From an uncultured Anaeromyxobacteraceae bacterium (lineage in GTDB: Bacteria; Myxococcota_A; UBA9042; DTJE01): a stretch of 64,000 nucleotides of DNA. The stretch covers positions 207-64,206 of the forward strand of contig CAYYCO010000007.1 in assembly GCA_964470365.1 (NCBI GenBank). Reading direction: 5' to 3'. Every line of letters starts with the position of its first letter. Positions within the stretch are counted from its first letter, which is position 1. This document shows positions 57,178 to 64,000 of the stretch, in pieces. The notes beneath the pieces were generated by a model. The model ran no database searches. It was given only the letters and a program-made list of their open reading frames with translations, and was not told the DNA's origin. The position numbers were made by a program, and so were the translations under genes.

Positions 57178-57891
57178 TCAGGGGTGCCCGGAGGATACCA
57201 CAAGCTCGCGCCGGAGGGCCATCATCTCGGACACGACCCGCACGACGCGGCTTGCGGACAGCACCTTGCTGTGCCCGGACTGCCGCGCCTGGCATTCGAT
57301 CGTAACCATTCCCGGAACGACACCTGACTGCAAAATCCGCAGCGGCACCTCGACGTTTGCCATGAACGTCCTGCTGCGGATCGGCATTCCCTGAAGAAGC
57401 GACCGCCTGAACATCATCGTTCCGGTGAACGCGCACCGGTTTCCCAGCAACATCAGCGCCGTGGTCTGGTATCCCCAGGTCACGAAAGCCCTTAATTTTC
57501 CGTCGCCCCGTCTTTCGTATTCGGAAAGCACCAGATCATGATCGGCCAGGAGCGGCAGGAAACGTTCGAGAGTGTCTGGCACCACCTGCGCGTCCCCGGG
57601 AAGCTGTGTCACGAATTCGTAGGACGCCGCCCCGTAACCACTGGCAATCGCCGCGCCCATCCCCCGGTTCACGCCGTGATGGACGACCTTGACGCGATCG
57701 TCTGACGCGGCCAGTTTGTCGGCGATTGGTCCGGTGCCGTCGGACGATCCGTCGTCCACGACCACCACTTCGCCGCGACCCGCCACGACGCTGTCCAGAA
57801 ATTCCAGGCAGTCGCGCACCTGGCGTTCGATGGTGACCGCCTCGTTGAACGCCATCACGACAATCGACAGTGAAACCGGATATTTATCCAT
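57178..57891 (-). CDS. Family-2 glycosyltransferase (dolichyl-phosphate mannosyltransferase-like)
   Basis: LSIVVMAFNEA...VVVVDDGSSDGT is a GT2 DxD signature. 237 aa. Confidence 0.8.
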   Translation of the reverse strand: MDKYPVSLSIVVMAFNEAVTIERQVRDCLEFLDSVVAGRGEVVVVDDGSSDGTGPIADKLAASDDRVKVVHHGVNRGMGAAIASGYGAASYEFVTQLPGDAQVVPDTLERFLPLLADHDLVLSEYERRGDGKLRAFVTWGYQTTALMLLGNRCAFTGTMMFRRSLLQGMPIRSRTFMANVEVPLRILQSGVVPGMVTIECQARQSGHSKVLSASRVVRVVSEMMALRRELVVSSGHP

Positions 57892-57900
57892 CAGAATCCA

Positions 57901-58638
57901 TCAGGGCCCGAACAACCTCAGGGCGTTGTCGCCAAGTATCGCTGCCTGTTCCCCGACGGAAAGACCGGCCGCCCGGACGACCGCAAGGAATGATGACGGC
58001 GCATTCAGGTTGTGGTCGGAGCCGAAAAGTACCCGATCCGCACCGACGGTACGGACGGCATCGGCCAGCACCCAGTATTCCCGGATGCTTTCCGTTCCCA
58101 TGTAAACATTCCCGACCCGCCCGGATGCGATGGCCCCTGCAGCGGCCCTGACCAGGCCGGGAGAATCGCCACCCATGTGGGCCATCACGAACGTCACATC
58201 CGGCCAGCGCCGGGCAGTGTCCAGCAGGATGCCCCACCCGGCCATTTCCTGCCACCGGCCGCAGTGGACAACCACTGGCAGGCCGCGTTCGCGCGCGGCG
58301 CCGATAGCGGGAACCCAGCAGGGGTCGCTGACAGGCCTGCGACAGAACGACGGATGAATTTTGACCGCGGCAAAGGCGCCCGCGTCCAGTTCCGTCCCGA
58401 AACCGGTGCAGTCGGGCATCGCCCAGGCAGCCGCCAGAAACCTGACCGGGCCCCGGTAAGTCGCAAGCGCCGACAGCAGGCCGTCGTTGTCGCCCGAATC
58501 AGTCGGCATGACCAGCGCGCCCGAAATTCCCGCGTCGGCCAGGACATGCGCGGTCTGTTCAAGCGTGGTCGAATGCCCGCCGAAATCGGGCGCAAGCCAT
58601 TTACCCGCGTGCACGTGGGCATCGAAAATCCCGGCCAT
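57901..58638 (-). CDS. Amidohydrolase-2 family TIM-barrel metal-dependent hydrolase
   Basis: Start set at MAGIFDAHVHAG, which carries the HxH motif. HCGRW, MAHMGG and FGSDHN conserved. The track ORF's 21 N-terminal codons are probably not translated. Confidence 0.7.
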   Translation of the reverse strand: MAGIFDAHVHAGKWLAPDFGGHSTTLEQTAHVLADAGISGALVMPTDSGDNDGLLSALATYRGPVRFLAAAWAMPDCTGFGTELDAGAFAAVKIHPSFCRRPVSDPCWVPAIGAARERGLPVVVHCGRWQEMAGWGILLDTARRWPDVTFVMAHMGGDSPGLVRAAAGAIASGRVGNVYMGTESIREYWVLADAVRTVGADRVLFGSDHNLNAPSSFLAVVRAAGLSVGEQAAILGDNALRLFGP

Positions 58639-58765
58639 CCCGAACCCCCAGGGCTGGTGCGCCCATATTGTAATCCCGGGCGGGCCGTCTTGACAAAGCA
58701 CCCGGCCGGACCTACCTTTCAGCCGGTTTTGATTCCCGGCGTCTGGAACGGGGGCTTGAATCGAA

Positions 58766-59020
58766 ATGCCGACTTACGAATATTCGTGCAGGAAATGCGG
58801 GCACCAGTTTGAAAAGGTCCAGAAGATGTCGGACGCGCCGGGTGCCGTCTGCCCATCATGCGGCAGTGACCGGACGGAACGGCTGATATCGCATTCGTCG
58901 TTCGTCCTTAAGGGGTCTGGCTGGTACCAGACCGACTACTCGCACAAATCCGGCGGCACCAGGCCGTCCGATCCCGCGCCATCGTCCTGCGGCTGCAAGT
59001 CCGGGTCATGTCCGCACTGA
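58766..59020 (+). CDS. FmdB-family zinc-ribbon protein
   Basis: MPTYEYSCRKCGHQFE...CPSCGS is the classic FmdB N-terminus with two CxxC pairs. 84 aa. Confidence 0.7.
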   Translation: MPTYEYSCRKCGHQFEKVQKMSDAPGAVCPSCGSDRTERLISHSSFVLKGSGWYQTDYSHKSGGTRPSDPAPSSCGCKSGSCPH

Positions 59021-59054
59021 CTCAGCGACCTTTATTCCCGCCCGAAGATTGCGA

Positions 59055-59083
59055 TTGACACCAGGGGCATGTCGAATTACTAT
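59055..59083 (+). promoter_or_regulatory. Sigma-70-like promoter upstream of rplC
   Basis: TTGACA (59055-59060), a 17-nt spacer, then TACTAT (59078-59083), about 75 nt upstream of ATG 59158. The leader contains an imperfect hairpin (gtatggccc tacg ggcatac). Confidence 0.4.
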
Positions 59084-59157
59084 ATTTCGCCGCTTGAGTA
59101 TGGCCCTACGGGCATACCGGCGATTTGATTGTTGATTACGATTTTTCGAGGTTCACC

Positions 59158-59823
59158 ATGTCCATCGCAATTCTTGGCAAGAAGGTCGGAATGACGCAGT
59201 TCTTCGACGAGGATGGAAGGCGCCTTCCCGTCACCGTCATCGAGGCTGGCCCCTGCCATGTCATGAAGGTCAAAACGGCCGAGGGCCGTGACGGCTACGA
59301 CGCCGTCGTTCTCGGCATGGGTAACAACAAGGAATCGCGCTTCACGAAGCCGGTTCTCGGACAGTTCCGCAAGGCCGGACTCACCACTTGCCCGACCGTC
59401 GTCAGGGAAATCCGCGTCAGCCAGGACGAAGCGATGCTTTACCCGGAAGGCGGCACCGTTGACGTTACGCTGTTCCAGGCTGGTGAAAAGGTCGACGTGA
59501 CCGGAACAACGCGTGGCCACGGCTTTGCCGGCGTCGTCAAACGCTGGGGGTTCCACGGCGCGATGCGCTCCCATGGCCGTTCGCACGAATGTCACCGTCA
59601 CGGCGGATCGATCGGCATGTGCCAGTTCCCCGGCCGCGTCATCCCCGGCAAGAAAATGGGCGGGCATTACGGCAACGTCAGGCACACCATGCTGAACCTC
59701 AAGGTTGTCGCGGTGTTCCCGCAGCAGAACCTGATCATGGTTCAGGGCCCGGTTGCCGGCGCCACGAACGGCAACGTCATGCTGCGCAAGGCCACCAAGG
59801 TCCGCAAGCGTAGGGCACTGTAA
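59158..59823 (+). CDS. rplC: 50S ribosomal protein L3 encoded outside any ribosomal-protein operon
   Basis: Start at MSIAILGKKVGMTQFFDEDGRRLPVTVIEAGPC. Collinear with bacterial L3 throughout (KVDVTGTTRGHGFAGVVKRWGF...GGSIG...PGRVIPGKKMGGHYGN). No rpsJ upstream and no rplD downstream. Confidence 0.85.
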   Translation: MSIAILGKKVGMTQFFDEDGRRLPVTVIEAGPCHVMKVKTAEGRDGYDAVVLGMGNNKESRFTKPVLGQFRKAGLTTCPTVVREIRVSQDEAMLYPEGGTVDVTLFQAGEKVDVTGTTRGHGFAGVVKRWGFHGAMRSHGRSHECHRHGGSIGMCQFPGRVIPGKKMGGHYGNVRHTMLNLKVVAVFPQQNLIMVQGPVAGATNGNVMLRKATKVRKRRAL

Positions 59824-59887
59824 CCGCACGGTCGCCCGCGCCCCGGTGGCTGTGGACAACGCGTGCTCCGGGTGTCATCATTCCGCC

Positions 59888-60736
59888 ATGAAATTTCGAA
59901 AATACCACGGCACGGGTAACGACTTTCTTGTTGTCGACGCCAGGCGCGGCCATCCGGAAGGGCTTGACGCCGCTGCTGCACGCCGTATCTGCGACCGCCA
60001 TTTCGGGGTCGGCGGCGACGGCATCCTGCTGGTCGAAAACGGAATCGCGGCGCCTTGGTTCATGCGCATCATCAATTCCGACGGCAGTCTGGCCGAAATG
60101 TGCGGCAACGGCATCAGGTGCGTGGCGAAGTTTATCGCCGAACACCTGGGCGCCACGGGCGACGAAATCAACATCGAAACCCCGGCCGGCGTGAAGAATT
60201 GCCGGCTGACGCGTTGGACTGACGGCAGGGTCGCATCGGTCGCCGTCAGCATGGGCGCCCCGATACTCGACAGGTCGCGGATACCGATGTCCGGCAGCGG
60301 ACCTGCCCGGGGCGTCGCGGTCGTCGCGCACGACAGGACTTTCGTCGGCGACGGCGTGAACATGGGTAATCCGCACTTCGTGATTTTTGATTACCTGGGC
60401 GCCGACGATGCCGACCGTTTCGGGGCCGTGCTGTCCCGAGCCTCGATTTTTCCGGCCGGGGCAAATATCGAATTCGTGAAGAAGGTCGACGCGAATCATC
60501 TCGCGCTGACGGTATATGAACGCGGCTGCGGCCTTACCCTGGCGTGCGGGACCGGGGCATCCGCGACCGTCGCGGCCGCTGCCGTGGCCGGTTTTGTCGA
60601 CACCGGCGTGCCGGTTCGCGTGGACCTGCCCGGCGGGCCGCTTTTCATAACGGTCGCCCCCGACATGTCCGACGTCATCCTCGACGGCCCGGCTGTCGAG
60701 GTTTTTGAAGGCGAAGTTGACGTCACGGAAAACTGA
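59888..60736 (+). CDS. dapF: Diaminopimelate epimerase
   Basis: Start at MKFRKYHGTGNDFLVVD. Active-site Cys motifs CGNGIRC and ACGTGA are present. Confidence 0.9.
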   Translation: MKFRKYHGTGNDFLVVDARRGHPEGLDAAAARRICDRHFGVGGDGILLVENGIAAPWFMRIINSDGSLAEMCGNGIRCVAKFIAEHLGATGDEINIETPAGVKNCRLTRWTDGRVASVAVSMGAPILDRSRIPMSGSGPARGVAVVAHDRTFVGDGVNMGNPHFVIFDYLGADDADRFGAVLSRASIFPAGANIEFVKKVDANHLALTVYERGCGLTLACGTGASATVAAAAVAGFVDTGVPVRVDLPGGPLFITVAPDMSDVILDGPAVEVFEGEVDVTEN

Positions 60737-60752
60737 ACGACCGGGGTCGGTA

Positions 60753-61313
60753 ATGATGAATGAAGAACGATTTTCCAGGGGTCTTGCCGAACTGCTGGGC
60801 GAGATCGGCGAGGCTCCTTCCCGTCCAGGTCTTGAAAAAACCCCGGCGCGCGTGTGGGAATCAATCCACTACATGACGCGCGGATACCGCGAAAACCTGG
60901 ACGACATCCTGCAGGGCGCCGTTTTCGCGGAGGATTCCCGCGACATGATCATGGTTCGCGACATCGAATTCGTTTCGCTGTGCGAACACCACATGCTGCC
61001 GTTTTTCGGCACGGTCCACGTCGGATACCTGCCCCGTGGCCGGATCATAGGGCTTTCCAAAATTTCAAGGGTTGTCGACCACTTCGCCTGTCGCCTGCAG
61101 GTGCAGGAACGCCTGACGGGCGAAATCGCGACCGCCCTCTTCGACGCCATCGGCCCGCGCGCGCTGGCCGTGTCCATGACGGCACGCCACATGTGCATGG
61201 AGGCGAGGGGCATCCGAAAGCAGGATTCCCGCGTGATCTCATCGGCATGGCGCGGCCTGCCGCAGCACATCGACGAATTCCGCCCGGAATTCCTTGCCTG
61301 GACGGAAAAATGA
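60753..61313 (+). CDS. folE: GTP cyclohydrolase I
   Basis: CEHHMLPFFG and downstream conserved region. About 186 aa. Confidence 0.9.
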   Translation: MMNEERFSRGLAELLGEIGEAPSRPGLEKTPARVWESIHYMTRGYRENLDDILQGAVFAEDSRDMIMVRDIEFVSLCEHHMLPFFGTVHVGYLPRGRIIGLSKISRVVDHFACRLQVQERLTGEIATALFDAIGPRALAVSMTARHMCMEARGIRKQDSRVISSAWRGLPQHIDEFRPEFLAWTEK

Positions 61314-62363
61314 ATGGACTGCACTGACGAAATTGCAATGTTCGCACCGAAGCCTGACCCGATCGCCGAACCCGACGCACGTCTGGCGCTGGAACAGATT
61401 TCCCGGGCATCGACGATCCTTCTGACCACCCACGAGGGCCCGGACGGCGACGGGATCGGGTCGGAAATCGCGCTGGCCCGCGCCCTGCGCAAGTGCGGCA
61501 AAAAGGTCTGGATCGTCAACGGCGACGACTGCGCCCGCACGTTCAGGTTCCTGGATTCAAACAGCGACATCATCATCTGGAACGAACGGCATGAACATGC
61601 GCATCCAGGCCTGTTCGACGACGTCGACCTGGCAATCCTGGTCGATACGTCCGAAATCGAACGCATCGGCCGCCTCGGTGACCGCCTGCGCCACCGCGCT
61701 GGTCCCGTTGTCGCAATCGACCATCACCAGAAAAACCCGCGCAGCATGGCTGGCATCATCGGTCCTGATTTTTCATCGACCGGGGAACTGATGGTCCGCG
61801 TACTTGACGCGCTGGGAATCGAAATCTGCCGCGAAATAGCAGTGCCGCTTTACGGCGCGATCCTTTCCGACACGCAGCAGTTCCGTTTCGTCCGGCGCGA
61901 TGCGGAAGTATTTGCCGTGGCCGCCAGGCTCGTGGCCGCCGGCGCCGATGCCCAGCAGATCGCGGGCAGGATGTTCGGGACCGTCACGCGTGACCGACTG
62001 ATCCTGATGAACCGCATCATGGCTGCGTCCCAGTTCCTGTGCGCCGGACGCCTGGTCTGGTCGGTGATGACCCCTGAAACGCTTGACGGCATTTCGGTCG
62101 ACCGCGACGAAATCCGGACCATGGTCAATATGCTGGGCGACATCGAGGGCGTCGAAATATCGGTATTTTTCAAGGTTTTCCGCCCCGGCTTCGTCAAAGT
62201 ATCCATCCGCAGCAAGGAAGGCATCGTGATTTCCGATGTGGCCGAATCGCTGGGTGGCGGCGGGCACAAACAGGCCGCCGGCGCCGACGTGGAAGGCGAC
62301 CTGGATGCGATCAGGATGAAAACGATTGATCTTCTGACGAAGAAATTCGAAACCCGTCACTGA
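61314..62363 (+). CDS. DHH-family phosphoesterase (NrnA-like oligoribonuclease / pAp phosphatase)
   Basis: DHH motifs HEGPDGDGIGS, LVDT and IDHHQ, plus a DHHA1-like C-terminus with GGGGH. Its ATG overlaps the folE stop (ATGA). Confidence 0.8.
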   Translation: MDCTDEIAMFAPKPDPIAEPDARLALEQISRASTILLTTHEGPDGDGIGSEIALARALRKCGKKVWIVNGDDCARTFRFLDSNSDIIIWNERHEHAHPGLFDDVDLAILVDTSEIERIGRLGDRLRHRAGPVVAIDHHQKNPRSMAGIIGPDFSSTGELMVRVLDALGIEICREIAVPLYGAILSDTQQFRFVRRDAEVFAVAARLVAAGADAQQIAGRMFGTVTRDRLILMNRIMAASQFLCAGRLVWSVMTPETLDGISVDRDEIRTMVNMLGDIEGVEISVFFKVFRPGFVKVSIRSKEGIVISDVAESLGGGGHKQAAGADVEGDLDAIRMKTIDLLTKKFETRH

Positions 62364-63787
62364 ACCAGTTTCTGATACAGCTCAGCGTATCGCGCCGCCG
62401 AATTCGACCAGGAAAAGTCCTGCGTCATGCCCCTGTCCCTGACCGCATGCATGCGCGGCAGATCCTTGTACAGGGCGCACGCACGCTGGATCGCGTCGGA
62501 CAAGGCGTGAATGTCGAACGGACTGAACTTGAAGCCTGTTCCAGACACGGGATCGGCATCGACGTCGATCACGGTGTCGGCCAGTCCGCCCACATCGTGC
62601 ACAATCGGAATCGTACCGTACCGCAAGGAATACAACTGGTTCAGGCCGCACGGTTCGTAGCGCGAGGGCATCAGGAAGAAGTCGGACCCGGCCTCAATCA
62701 GGTGCGCCAGCCGTTCACTGTATGTCAGCTTGACCGCCGCCCTTTCCGGGAAACCGGACGCGGTGGCCGCAATCATGTTTTCGATGTCGCGTTCCCCGGT
62801 CCCCAGCACAACACCCATGCCGCCGTTATTCGCGATGACCGGCATGACCCCGGCCAGCAGATCATAACCCTTCTGGTGTGCGAGGCGGCCAACCACCCCG
62901 AACAGCGGGCCGCCGGTGTCGCGGAGTCCGAATTCCGCAAGCAGGGCCGTCCTGTTTTCTTCCTTGCCCGACATGTCGTCCCGGCTGTACCGTGCCGGGA
63001 TCATGGTGTCGACCTCGGGCGACCAGTGGGTGTAATCGACGCCGTTCAGGATGCCGGAAAAACGCGGCCCCAGGAGGCGCAGGATACCGTCCATTCCGTA
63101 ACCGGTTTCCGGCGTCAGCACCTCGCGGGCGTACGTCGGACTGACCGTGGTCGCACAGTCTGAAAAGAACAGCCCGGCCTTCAGGAAGCTGACCTGTCCC
63201 CAGAATTCAACCCCTTCCGCAGTGTAAACTTCCCAGGGGATGCCCAGTTCAGGGGTGACATAACCGGGGAATACGCCCTGATATCCCATATTGTGAACGG
63301 TCATCACCGTACGATACTGATTCCCGTGACGGATGCGGTTGAACAACGGCACCAGCCCTGCCTGCCAGTCGTGGCAATGGATGACGTCAACGTCCAGGTT
63401 GAAGGCGCCGATCAGTTCAAAAACGGCCGCACCGAAGAAAGCAAAACGCAGATGATTATCAGCATACGCACCGTCACGCGTGCCGTATATTTCGTCGCGC
63501 CCGAAGAAATCGTGATTTTCCAGCAGGTACACGGTTACGCCGGCCGGCGTCACGGCGGAAAAAACGCCGAACTGCACAACGCGGCCGCCCAGCATCACAT
63601 CGAGCACACGTCCAGTGAACGTCACGCCGAGCCCGGCGCGGTCGACCGTCCTGTACAGGGGCGTCACCGTGCACACGGCATGACCCGCCGCGGCCAGCGC
63701 GTCGGGCAGCGACCGCGACACGTCGGCCAGGCCGCCCGTCTTCGAAAACGGAAGGATTTCTGACGTCACGTTCAGGATTTTGAGCAT
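62357..63787 (-). CDS. glgA: Glycogen synthase
   Basis: Start at MLKILNVTSEILPFSKTGGLADV (KTGGL motif). Full GT5 GlgA collinearity. Convergent 7-nt overlap with the DHH gene. Confidence 0.9.
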   Translation of the reverse strand: MLKILNVTSEILPFSKTGGLADVSRSLPDALAAAGHAVCTVTPLYRTVDRAGLGVTFTGRVLDVMLGGRVVQFGVFSAVTPAGVTVYLLENHDFFGRDEIYGTRDGAYADNHLRFAFFGAAVFELIGAFNLDVDVIHCHDWQAGLVPLFNRIRHGNQYRTVMTVHNMGYQGVFPGYVTPELGIPWEVYTAEGVEFWGQVSFLKAGLFFSDCATTVSPTYAREVLTPETGYGMDGILRLLGPRFSGILNGVDYTHWSPEVDTMIPARYSRDDMSGKEENRTALLAEFGLRDTGGPLFGVVGRLAHQKGYDLLAGVMPVIANNGGMGVVLGTGERDIENMIAATASGFPERAAVKLTYSERLAHLIEAGSDFFLMPSRYEPCGLNQLYSLRYGTIPIVHDVGGLADTVIDVDADPVSGTGFKFSPFDIHALSDAIQRACALYKDLPRMHAVRDRGMTQDFSWSNSAARYAELYQKLVQ

Positions 63788-63935
63788 CAGGTTCACCGGG
63801 TTGGGCCGCTTTCTAGGAATCCTAGCAGGGATTATCGAAATAGTTCAACGGAAGGAACCACACAAATTTTATCCGCGATCCGGCAAACGTCATCCGCCCA
63901 GCGGCCCGACCGAAGGAAGGCCCGCCATACATCAG

Positions 63936-63955
63936 CCCGGGGCGTGAGCCCCGGG
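63936..63955. other. Perfect 8-bp hairpin with a GTGA tetraloop, upstream of glgA
   Basis: CCCGGGGC GTGA GCCCCGGG. It sits ~150 nt upstream of the glgA start near the window end. Function unknown (regulatory stem, or a terminator of an off-window gene). Confidence 0.35.
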
Positions 63956-64000
63956 ACCACGTCGCACGCCACCCAATTTCCCAGTCCGAGCGCAGAGAGG

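Noticed and set aside
178-57327. Dozens of long ORFs in the six-frame track that lie antisense or in alternative frames over the genes called above (for example 178-894, 925-1701, 3634-4776, 5412-6554, 8641-9849, 8771-10882, 13248-14711, 15738-16853, 19775-21568, 25868-27220, 33849-35048, 48594-49196, 56296-57327).
   Set aside because: Their translations are Arg/Pro/Gly/Ala-rich low-complexity strings typical of stop-codon-poor frames in high-GC DNA. They have no signal peptides or motifs. They fully overlap ORFs that carry clear family signatures.
58639-58765. Possible sigma-70 promoter (TTGACA ... TACCTT) in the divergent region upstream of the FmdB gene.
   Set aside because: The -10 element is weak and I cannot distinguish it from chance in GC-rich DNA, so I am not reporting it as a feature.
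59290-59700. Alternative-frame ORFs inside rplC (59288-59500, 59513-59695, 59589-59813).
   Set aside because: They are embedded in a frame with unmistakable L3 collinearity. Their translations are Arg/Ala/Ser-rich with no motifs.
1-64000. Checked for CRISPR arrays, IS elements, integrases, phage structural genes, toxin-antitoxin pairs and compositional (low-GC) islands.
   Set aside because: No direct-repeat/spacer periodicity, no transposase- or integrase-like ORFs and no sharp GC shift were seen. The window looks like core chromosome with accessory secreted-protein genes interspersed.

Overview
This is a GC-rich chromosomal window (third codon positions overwhelmingly G/C) with dense coding on both strands. 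Three secreted proteins end in a MYXO-CTERM-type tail (conserved Cys, a Gly/Ser/Ala-rich stretch, a hydrophobic helix, then RRR). Together with an FHA/sigma-54 activator, a Cys-rich repeat lipoprotein and a FimU-PilV-PilW-PilX-PilY1 minor-pilin cluster, this points to a myxobacterium (Myxococcota). I support about 50 CDS, one tRNA-Gln, one likely terminator and one sigma-70-like promoter. Recognisable housekeeping genes are murJ (5' partial), rph, queA-tgt-apbE, uvrD/pcrA, ubiB, a stand-alone rplC, dapF, folE, an nrnA-like DHH phosphoesterase and glgA. There is no CRISPR array, transposase, integrase or obvious phage gene, and I see no compositional island. The most interesting loci are listed below.
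- Tri-catalytic lipoprotein (23309-27181): a 1290-aa fusion of a GH84-like glycosidase, a purple-acid-phosphatase-like metallophosphoesterase and an EEP phosphodiesterase, convergent with a PI-PLC-like lipoprotein.
- Disrupted helicase (47743-50734): a PHP phosphoesterase fused to a compact UvrD-like helicase, with the reading frame broken exactly in a G8/C8 homopolymer.
- Surface-protein operon (8873-15232) that sits directly behind an FHA/sigma-54 activator.
- OPA-family MFS transporter (15252-17093) with a PDZ-like, Cys-rich insertion.
- Metzincin protease (52272-54728) with thrombospondin-type-3 calcium repeats.
The many antisense and alternative-frame ORFs in the six-frame track are treated as high-GC artefacts.
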